Assembly: GCA_950097015.1 (NCBI GenBank)
Contig: CATNEN010000005.1
Location: 4,836,001 to 4,900,000, forward strand
Direction of reading: 5' to 3'
Origin: Macrostomum hystrix
Lineage: Eukaryota > Animalia > Platyhelminthes
Length of the DNA stretch: 64,000 bases
A program made the translations under genes and the position numbers. The notes beneath the pieces were generated by a model. It had not been told where the DNA came from, ran no database searches, and saw only the letters and a list, made by a program, of their open reading frames with translations. Of the stretch, positions 24,033 to 33,394 are shown one piece after another (within the stretch, counting starts at the first letter, position 1; each line of letters begins with the position of its first letter).

Positions 24033-26288
24033 GAGACTGGCGGACAGACAGGCACACATCCATTTCAAATAACGAGTTGAGCAGTTAAAAAAAGCTTGTT
24101 ACTGAGAACAGGACTCACCAGCAGGATTTGCTCTCGCGGTGACCAAGGCGACTCAACCGGTTGCATACGGAACAGAGACTCAACGCCCAGCTCCATTTGG
24201 AGGCATATTATCCGATCGGCTGCAAACATAGTAGAACGATGAGAGAACTCTATACAGGTGATATCTAAACCAACATTAACCCAATGTCTGATGACAATCA
24301 ATTTGAGCATAGACTCATAGATTAATCACTGCTGTCACAGAATCATATGCAGTATGTTTGCTGATGAATGAGATGCAGCACAAACAGGCAAGTCTAGGCC
24401 ACACAATGCCACAATGGCGGCTCATAGGCGGCGCAGAAGAACCAGGAAGCTATACTCATAAGCTAGTGAAAACAGGATGAAATTAGGCAAGCGAGTCAGA
24501 GCCCACACTAGCCATGAGCAACAATGAGCAGAGCGCATAGCACATGCCTGCTAGCCATTTGCCTGCCTGACAGTTGGAGAACAACAAGAAAGTCTGGGAT
24601 TGGGATAAGAATTCAATGAATGGATGGAGGAGGACAGACATCTGGCCGTGTGTGCAGCCTGGGCGGATTTAGAACTGCGGATGCCAGGAGGAGCTGCTGT
24701 GGAGAAGTACCGCCCCCTCTCAAAACCTCGTGCCTAGCGGTTGGTGAGTAGGATTTTGAGTAGTAGACCTTATATGAGCATGCGTGATGAAGGCCTGAGC
24801 TGAGAAGCTTCACCAGGAGGGGATTAGAAATCTACTTGGCAGGGTTTGGGGGGCACCTGCATTATTCAAGGATCAGCAGCTTCTCTACCAGCTATAAGTC
24901 GTCGATGAGGCTTCAATGCAATCGTGCTCAATTTCTAACCAATCAAACAACTCATGCAGAGGCCGCACACACACACATGAACTCACAAAGGAGAAACCGT
25001 GTTTGATAAGAAATTTGTTTACAAAACGTTTGACAATGGGATTTTTCTGTGCAGGATAGATCCTGACAATGCAACTTGACCTAACTTTCCCCTGTAGTTC
25101 AAGACAGGCCAATACACACTCGGAGATGCGGCAAACCGACCGTGTTTGTCTATCACAAACTTGACAGACAAGAGTGGAAAGTTTGCACGAATTAATTCAA
25201 GGTTAAGTACACAGAAATCGATTGTTAACTCGCCGCAAAGTATATGTTTTGTTAACTTTAAGCTCTTCCTAGGACGCTTTTCATTAAGCTATCTGGATTC
25301 GCCTGTTGATTCGTTCGTCCTTTCTTTCTGAACTGTTTGCCCCTTGCGCTCAATTGGCTCAGGTGGGTAGATCGCTAATTAATTTTTCAAGATCTTCCTA
25401 CATTGAGTGTCTTACTACAGCTCACGATAGAGACGGAAATTCAATGAGCTCACTCAATCTGCGCCTGCCCTGGCAAGTATTTAGCAGAGTCTGAAACTCG
25501 TCGCCGCTGGATCCGGCGGAAGTCGGAGCGGAACTCGAGCTGCACTGCGCTAGGCGCGGGTCCTCCACCGAGATGCAGGCCTCGAAGAACTGCCTGAGCT
25601 TCAGTCGCCAGCTGGGCGAATTGTCATCACCTGACTCCAGCATCTCCCGCAGATGATTGTCAACGCCAGCTTGTAGGCGAGTTGATCTCGACCAGACTGA
25701 CACAGTTGGTGGCATGTGGTTCTCATTTAGCCAACCGTCGCACGAGAAGGCGAAGAACTCTTCGCACGGATCGGCGGTCTTGTTCAGCATCTCCTCCATT
25801 TCGGCGGCGGACTTCAGGCAGGCTCGACTCAGGCAGTACGATGCGGGGGCTGACGCGCGGCCGCTGTTGATGTAGCCGCCGCTGCCAGCGCAGTTCGATG
25901 TCTTCTGTGACGGCGGACGAAACGCCGGCAAGTAGCTAAGTAGCAGGAAGGCGCTGACCGCCAGAAGGCCAACTGTGAGGGCGGCGCAGCAGCAGCAGAG
26001 AAACTTCTCGCGACGTCGATAGCCTTCACCATCGTTGACGTCTTCGACGATGTCATTGTTATCGTTTCGACGACGCCCATTGGCAGGTGAGTGACTGGCG
26101 CTTGTGTTGACAACTCGCGCCTGCAGCAGGAACGGACGCGATGTGGAGGCCGGCATGCTCGAAGCCGCATCGCAGCAGCTCAACTGAGCAGTTTCGTAGC
26201 CAAGACCGCAGCTTATCTGGCCGTAGGAGGGACCAGAGAAGCTGGGATAATTTGCGCGCTGCAACCGCGAAGGTATTGACTGAGTCAT
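13315..26288 (-). CDS. Neprilysin/ECE-like M13-family type II membrane protein, probably a pseudopeptidase, ~827 aa; exons 25454-26288, 24119-24219, 21656-21823, 21040-21144, 20229-20362, 19018-19231, 18341-18442, 18189-18266, 17618-17783, 17464-17521, 16747-16814, 16254-16381, 15436-15600, 15292-15362, 13315-13405
   Basis: TM anchor ([23 protein letters not shown]) is followed by the M13 N-terminal signature [35 protein letters not shown]. Later exons match M13 motifs: IVGYSE; [27 protein letters not shown] (VNAFY...IFPAGILQPPF equivalent); [23 protein letters not shown] (NYGAIGxVIGHEITHGFDDxG equivalent); [14 protein letters not shown]; SDFGEAFGC...C. All 14 introns are GT-AG with matching phases, summing to 2484 nt with no internal stop. 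The start Met is less certain. Confidence 0.9.
13425..15272. repeat. 20/21-bp minisatellite GTTGATGGATGGGTTCTGTCA filling the last intron of the M13 gene
   Basis: About 88 tandem copies. Confidence 0.95.
15639..16184. repeat. Second, more homogeneous array of the 26-bp satellite, inside an M13-gene intron
   Basis: Same unit and orientation as 1-5490; ~21 copies. Confidence 0.95.
16905..17415. repeat. 15/16-bp minisatellite TGACAATCTGACAAA(A)
   Basis: Tandem periodicity; intronic in the M13 gene. Confidence 0.93.
17835..18170. repeat. Degenerate ~9-bp repeat (GTCACAGGT-like)
   Basis: Recurrent TCACAGG motif filling intron 17784-18188. Confidence 0.75.
18630..18945. repeat. (TCAA)n microsatellite
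   Basis: Direct inspection. Confidence 0.95.
19297..19615 (+). mobile_element. tRNA-derived SINE, family A, near full-length with (ATT)n tail
   Basis: A-box-like TGGCAGAGCGG at the head; body shared with 7 other copies in the window; simple-repeat tail. Confidence 0.85.
19616..19800 (-). mobile_element. SINE family A copy, inverted tail-to-tail with 19297-19615
   Basis: Reverse complement contains B-box GGTTCGATTCC and the shared body. Confidence 0.85.
20407..20968. repeat. 23-bp minisatellite GAGAACTGATCAAATCCTCTCTT
   Basis: About 24 copies; M13 intron. Confidence 0.95.
21185..21600. repeat. 16-bp essentially perfect minisatellite ATGTCACTCCGTTCCT
   Basis: About 25 identical copies; M13 intron. 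Confidence 0.97.
21872..22870. repeat. ~28-bp AT-rich minisatellite AGTCTCAAAATCTCATACTA[A/G]ATTCAAA
   Basis: Tandem periodicity with repeated variant blocks. Confidence 0.92.
23529..24050. repeat. Compound (GACA)n / CACCCAGGACA minisatellite
   Basis: The same family recurs at 40820-41015 and 41600-41720. Confidence 0.93.
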
Positions 26289-26889
26289 GGCTTGAGCAGT
26301 TGCGAAGCTTATGCTCTTGAGTTCAGGCTACTAAGTGACTTGAAAACTCACGAATTTGATCATATTGCTTAGGCATATCTTGTTCTGCGAGCGAGTCACT
26401 GCGAGTGTCAAATATACATCGATTACTGAGCTCACTTTTTTTGTACTCAAAAGCCTTCTTGGCACGGCGCTGATTGGCCGTTGACATCGGGGAACCAATC
26501 AGGTGACACCTGATAAACAGTAGACAGGAATTTCAAACTGGACGAAAATGCAAAGCGTTTTAAGAGATATTTTTTATAGTTTCACGTGATGATATAACCT
26601 TGAAGAAAATAGGCAACTGATAGACATTATTAAGAATGCATGGCGGCTTTTAATCTGCAGCATTCGCTGCTTATTCCCATGAGAAATCAGAGAACAGTGT
26701 TAAAAGTTGCAGGCAATCGCATGTGGCTCCTCACGTTATATATTCATGAAATATAATTGATTAATATCTGGATTTTATTATCTTGGCAGATTTCTTTGTA
26801 GATACGCTCTCGTAATGTAGTTATATTGGACACATTTCTTCGTCTTTAAATCATTGTATAGTATACTATCAATGCTGTGATAAACACGT

Positions 26890-27060
26890 CCGATCGTCGC
26901 AGAGGTCCCTGAGCTCGATTCCGCAGCGAGGCCACATTCATTTGGGGCGCAGCCGCGGAGAGAAGGCTTGGTGGCTTGTCGTGTATAGAGAGTTTACACT
27001 GCCGGACGATGAGAAAGTCAGGAGAGATGTAAACACCTATGTGAGTGTGTGCCTGCAAAC
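26890..27060 (+). mobile_element. SINE family A, partial copy
   Basis: GAGGTCCCTGAGCTCGATTCCGCAGCGAGGCCACATTCATTTGGGGCGCAGCCGCGGAGAGAAGGC matches the other copies. Confidence 0.85.
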
Positions 27061-27139
27061 AATTTCCGTGCGTGCGTGCTCTGAATATTGCGATAAGAGC
27101 AATACTCCTCAATACTACTCGCAATAATAACTATTCTGC

Positions 27140-27392
27140 CAGTTTCGCTGGCTCCTGAGCACACACGCACACAGATACTGTACGCAGGCACACTCTCACA
27201 CAGGTGTGTACATCTGCCCTAACTTTCTCATCGTCAGGCAGTGTACAGTCTAACTGTGCCTTAGGAGGTTGGCCCTCAATAGCGTAAATTGCACGACAAG
27301 CCACCAAGCCTTCTCTCCGCGGCTGCGCCCCAAATGAATGTGGCCTCGCCGCGGAATCGAGCTCAGGGACCTTGGTGCGAGAGGCAAACGCT
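27140..27392 (-). mobile_element. SINE family A copy, inverted relative to 26890-27060
   Basis: Reverse-complement match to the family body and head. Confidence 0.85.
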
Positions 27393-28083
27393 TTGATTCC
27401 TCAAAGCGTCCTCAAACTGTGATTGAAATACTTATAGTATGAAATTCGTGTACAATGTTTTCACAGCTAGTTTAGCATCAGCAGCTGTGGGATTATCGGA
27501 AACTTAGGAATCGGAAATTCCAACAGTGACTGTGTCCAGTAGCTCACGAAGTGTAGGGAGCTAGAAGAGGGATGTCGAAGAGTGGGCGAGTATGAGTTGG
27601 AGGTGGACAGCACAGGGCAGAGTTAATGCCCCATGGGAGTAAAATGTCTAGTTTTTTTGCATTCCATTGCAGCAGAGACAGCTGGAGTTGGTTCTTGTCC
27701 TCCCCTACTCCTCTGCCAGTTTCTGAGCAGTCTGCTCACTTCCCTGACGCATCATCAGGAAATGCCATTATGCTCATTACCGCAGCCCCGGGCATAGAGC
27801 ATGTATTTTGGCTGACTAAAAAGGGGGATAATAAGAACTGTCTTTAGCGGTCTTGTGTTCGAAAAGACAACAGGGTCGAGAGGAAAATTCCTTGCGACAC
27901 ATAACCGGATTTGCCTTAAAACAGAATGCCTGCATTGGTATACCAGTTCCTGTTGGTGAGTTACCCGCAGACTAGACCTACTTGATAATGGGTGAGTTTT
28001 CGAATTGTTGAAACTTTTTTAAATACTAAACTGCAGGTGAAAATGTTAGTCATTCACCGTTACTCCTGACTGACGCAATTCAC

Positions 28084-28439
<356 letters not shown>

Positions 28440-29184
28440 TCATTTAGATTGACTTCAATTTTTCTCTTTCAAAGAATCTTACAAAAGCAGATCTTTAACT
28501 TACTCTAGAGGATCTTGAAAATGCTTCAAAGACATTTCGATTTGATCTAAACTACAAATTTGATAAAAGTAAAAAAATTACGCACAAAGAGGCGGTTCAT
28601 GCAAGCAATTAATATTTTAGATGCTTTAACTCAGAAAAATGAACTCATTTTTAAGGACACAAATTCCTTATGTAGCTGATACTTTCTTTTTGCTCCTATA
28701 AGACGAGCCAAATCTATTAGTTCGTTTCAAGCAAGCCCAAGAAAACTGTACCACTTTGTCAAAAAACAGAAATTTTAGAACCATATGGCTTGAAAGATAC
28801 ATTGATGTCTCAGAATCTATCCACGTGTGTCTATGCAATGTCCCAATTGCGTGTCTGTATTTAGCAAACAGACTTTACATGCATAATGCAAACACTGCCA
28901 GCTAAACTAGGCGCCATAATCCCCCCGTCTGGCCTCTGCATCCCTAGCTCAAAGATTGTCCTAGAAGATAAAAACAAGAATAGGCTAGGAACCGCTTTTT
29001 TTTCTTAGAACTCATGTCATGAGTACAGCTCTAACTTCAGCAGTATCATCGCCAGCTATTTAATAGCAGACACACAGCGGCGCTATGTATAATTTCAACA
29101 ATTATTATTTACCCATAGCAACGGCAGTTAGTTACGGACACCCCATTAAAACGGATATATTTATACATGTTTAGAATAAAGAAT

Positions 29185-29522
29185 TAATAACAGGGCTGCG
29201 GGCAATGGCACATCATTCGGTGACACCAGATCTGCTGCTAGCGAGGAGGCAATTCTTCCGATTACGCTGACTCCTGAGCACACACGCACACAGATACCGT
29301 ACACAGGCACACGCTCACACAGGTGTGTACATCTGCCCTGACTTTCTCATCGTCAGGCAGTGTACACTCTCACTGTGCCTTGGAGGTTGGCCCTCAATGG
29401 CGTAAATTGCACGACAAGCCACCAAGCCTTCTCTACGCGGCTGCGCCCCAAATGAATGTGGCCTCGCCGCGGAATCGAGCTCAGGGACCTTGGTGCGTTA
29501 ACCGCTCTGCCACTCACCCCTC
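29185..29522 (-). mobile_element. SINE family A, full-length copy
   Basis: Reverse complement starts GAGGGGTGAGTGGCAGAGCGGTTAACGC...GAGCTCGATTCC and ends GCAGCCCTG. Confidence 0.87.
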
Positions 29523-29528
29523 AAAGGG

Positions 29529-29579
<51 letters not shown>

Positions 29580-29800
29580 TCTTCGTACAACACCAGTTGT
29601 CTTTCAGGTATATCGTATAGCTATGATATATGTTTCTGATAAAATATCCGATAGCAACGACAGTTATAATTCAGGAAATAATTGTATTCACGAGTAAAAA
29701 TAAAGTTCTAAAAATGCTTCTAATGTACAATGTAACAGCAGCTTCTAATGTACAATGTAACAGCATCTAATGTACAATGTAACAGCAGCGATTAAAATCG

Positions 29801-31834
29801 CTAGACTTTGGCAGTTCGCTTCTTATTTTTTACGAGATGCTTGGGGCGCGTGGCACTCAGTTCGGCCACAACCGCGCCCGACTGCAGCCGGCCCAGCTGA
29901 AGTCCCTGACGAATCGGCCCAGCCAGGCAGCAGAACCAGACGATGAAGGCCAACGGCAGGATCACGCCGATGATGACACTATTAAAGATGCCAGTCCAGA
30001 TAGTCAGGAATCTGCTGGGCACATCGCTGAGATTATCGCGACAATTTCTAGACCGTGATTCGGCGCCGTGGCAACTGTCGCCCTCCTGCCATGGCGGCGG
30101 GCAGAGACAGTGTCGCTGGCTGACTTTGTAGCCCTCCAGTAGGCCCTCCAAACCAACGCGGCACGTTGATCGCTGCCAGTCTGACCAGGAACACCAGGAG
30201 CCGTGGACGCCTTCGAGGCGACGAAAAAATGCGTCTAATAGCTGACAGTTGGAGTCGCAGTGGCCGTTTGGCTGTTGAGACGGGGGAGTAAATAAACAGT
30301 TCTCGACACTCCCACTGAATCAATTTTATGTGCGTGCGTGCAAGGACCACTAAGGTCCTTGGGTGTGTGGTGCGTGGTGCGTGCGTGCGTGCAAGGACCA
30401 CTAAGGTCCTTGGGTGTGTGGTGCGTGGTGCGTGCGTGCGTGCAAGGGCCACTAAGGTCCTTGAGTGTGTGGTGCGTGGTGCGTGGTGCGTGCGTGCGTG
30501 CAAGGACCACTAAGGTCCTTGGGTGTGTGGTGCGTGGTGCGTGCGTGCGTGCAAGGACCACTAAGGTCCTTGGGTGTGTGGTGCGTGGTGCGTGCGTGCG
30601 TGCAAGGACCACTAAGGTCCTTGGGTGTGTGGTGCGTGGTGCGTGCGTGCGTGCAAGGACCACTAAGGTCCTTGGGTGTGTGGTCCGTGGTGCGTGCGTG
30701 CGTGCAAGGACCACTAAGGTCCTTGGGTGCGTGGTGCGTGCAAGGGCCACTAAGGTCCTTGGGTGCGTGGTGCGTGCAAGGGCCACTAAGGTCCTTGGGT
30801 GCGTGGTGCGTGCAAGGGCCACTAAGGTCCTTGGGTGCGTGGTGCGTGCAAGGGCCACTAAGGTCCTTGGGTGCGTGGTGCGTGCAAGGGCCACTAAGGT
30901 CCTTGGGTGCGTGGTGCGTGCGTGCGTGCGTGCAAGGACCACTAAGGTCCTTGGGTGCGTGGTGCGTGGTGCGTGCGTGCGTGCAAGGACCACTAAGGTC
31001 CTTGGGTGCGTGGTGCGTGCAAGGGCCACTAAGGTCCTTGGGTGCGTGGTGCGTGCAAGGGCCACTAAGGTCCTTGGGTGCGTGGTGCGTGCGTGCGTGC
31101 GTGCAAGGACCACTAAGGTCCTTGGGTGCGTGGTGCGTGGTGCGTGGGTGCGTGCAAGGACCACTAAGGTCCTTGGGTGCGTGGTGCGTGGTGCGTGCGT
31201 GCGTGCAAGGACCACTAAGGTCCTTGGGTGTGTGGTGCGTGGTGCGTGCGTGCGTGCAAGGACCACTAAGGTCCTTGGGTGTGTGGTGCGTGGTGCGTGC
31301 GTGCGTGCAAGGACCACTAAGGTCCTTGGGTGCGTGGTGCGTGCGTGCGTGCAAGGACCACTAAGGTCCTTGGGTGCGTGGTGCGTGGTGCGTGCGTGGT
31401 GCGTGCGTGCGTGCAAGGACCACTAGGTCCTTGGGTGCGTGGTGGTGCGTGCGTGTTGCGTGCACAGTTTAGAACTACAATATTTAATTACAGGTCTATT
31501 TCTGTGCACTAATATCAGAACTTAAGCGACGAAAGTAACATACCTTGTCTGTCTTGTCCTGCAGAGTTCCAAAGCTGCAAGTTCTGGTCAGGTAGTTGGT
31601 GAAATTCACATTTGGCGGCAATCGCTTGAACTTCAGACAAACGCAGCGACGGCGCAAGTCGGCCCGACATTTGCCGCCGGAGTCGGTTCGACAGGCCAGC
31701 TCCGTCCATAGGCTCCAGTGGCACACATAGTCAGGATCGGATAGTTCATCTTCGAATTCCATCACTTCGGCATCGTTGGTGGACAATGCGACAGAGAAAA
31801 ACAGGCCTGGTAGAAGCGCCATAAAGACATTCAT
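29801..31834 (-). CDS. Single-pass type I membrane protein with two thrombospondin type-1 repeats, ~253 aa; exons 31544-31834 and 29801-30271
   Basis: Signal peptide MNVFMALLPGLFFSVALS. TSR-like 1: CHWSLWTELAC...CRADLRRRCVC. TSR 2: GVHGSWCSWSDWQRSTC...SQRHCLCPPPWQEGDSCHGAESRSRNC. TM segment: IWTGIFNSVIIGVILPLAFIVWFCCLAG, then a short basic tail. Phase-0 intron AAG|gtatgt...tactcccccgtctcaacag|CCA. Confidence 0.85.
30330..31445. repeat. Hairpin-containing minisatellite: CAAGG[A/G]CC-ACTAA-GGTCCTTG separated by variable (GTGC)n/GTG spacers
   Basis: About 26 units; 8-bp inverted repeat with 5-nt loop in each unit; fills the TSR gene intron. Confidence 0.93.
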
Positions 31835-32449
31835 TGTAGTAATGGCGTTCAATGTTGCTAACCAAAAATTGAGTACCCTTGGTAAATAAACAAACAAGAG
31901 TTGTTAACGCTAAACCTTTGCTCGCTCGATTTTATCAAATGTGCAACCGAAGTTGAAATATTTTTAGACAATTCAAAAAATCTGTGGTAGATTCAGCTCA
32001 ATATAGTCTATGGCCAAAACCATATCTACAAGAGGCACGAAGGTTCCCCTAGAAACTTCGAAACATACGTTGCTAATCACACTTATAATAGCCGTAGGAC
32101 TTCAAACGCCCATCAAAAAATCTATTGACGCCGGTAGGGTTCTTGTAAGTCACAATCATTCTCTTTTTTATTCCACAGCAATGGCACTTCTCAACTCTCC
32201 TGCTCCTTGATTCACTATTTCGTCTCTCTAGACCAACCACTGCTAGGCCAGATTACATACGCAAATTAAGGCTTTTGACAGGTCATGTGAAAACGTCACT
32301 TTTAATAGTCTTTATATACCATGTATATTTAGTTCACATTGTAACTAGAAACTATATTCTTTACTAATAGACTAGAAAATTGAAAATTTAACTAAACTAA
32401 TTATTTAAAATCATTCTTACGAGTTCAGAAGGCCTGCAGGAACAGGCAC

Positions 32450-32670
32450 AATATTTGGTGACACTAGACCCGCAGCCAGCAAGGAGGCAATTCTGCACAT
32501 TTCGCTGACTCCTGAGCACACCCACACAGGTGTGTGCATCTGCCCTCAAGGGCGTAAATTGCACGACAAGCCACCAAGCCTTCTCTCCGCTGCTGCGCCC
32601 CAAATGAATGTGGCCTCGCCGCGGAATCGAGCTCAGGGACACATTTGACCGCTCAGCCACTCACCCCTCA
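32450..32670 (-). mobile_element. SINE family A copy with an internal deletion
   Basis: Matches the head and the 3' part of the family consensus. Confidence 0.82.
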
Positions 32671-33394
32671 ATAATGCACCTCAGACAAAGCTAATAAGAA
32701 ATGCTGCTTGAGGATTAGAATTGTCACTGGGATTTAGTCTGTGAAGGTGTCGTGTCTGCTTGAACTGAATAAATAAATATTTCATTACCTTCTATGAGGA
32801 CATGTTGCCTAGTGGGTCGTAGATTAATTATCCCCTAATCTTGTGCGTTCGATTAACAACGTCTTGAAAAAACCTGATGTATATCCCTTCCGTTAGACTA
32901 ATGCGTGCAGCTTTTTCTTGGTTTTAAATGTAGCAGCAGCAGCAGCAGCAGCAATCCGATTGCAGATTTAACAAGACCAAAAAGCAGCAGTGGAAGAGAA
33001 AATTTGAGAGAAGGGAGAGACCTCGCCTTGACATATTCTAGCAGCTGTCAATCATTTGAGATCATGCTGGGATGAAGGAGCGGTTGCTAAGATGAAAATC
33101 ATTGTCAGTAATTAACAGCCCCCCAATGGCAGGAAAGCAGCAAGCAGCACAGAGAGTTGGACCAGATAAAGAGAGCAATCGACAACTGATTGATCTTTTG
33201 CATTAGTTCAGAGGCATAGCAGCGATGAAAAATCATGAGAATTAGCGAAAAATGCACCGCAAAATGTACAGCGCGGTGTAGCAATAAGTCTGATCCCCTC
33301 TAAGAACAAACTCATCCTATTGATAGTTTGATATTGGGATCAGAATCTCATTTATAGTTTAGACTTTAGCTTGAGATTAGATCCTATTGGTAGT

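Noticed and set aside
25657-26279. Overlapping ORFs antisense or off-frame to M13 exon 1 and PSME4 exons (for example 43974-44240, 46276-46494, 51888-52130)
   Set aside because: Shadow ORFs expected from GC-rich coding sequence; no motifs.
27600-27720. LINE endonuclease start (LLQWNAKKL on the - strand)
   Set aside because: Only a short motif resemblance; no following LQET-type motif or extended ORF.
30330-31445. CRISPR-like array (palindromic repeat plus variable spacers)
   Set aside because: Spacers are low-complexity (GTGC)n variants rather than unique sequences; there are no cas genes and the context is a eukaryotic intron.
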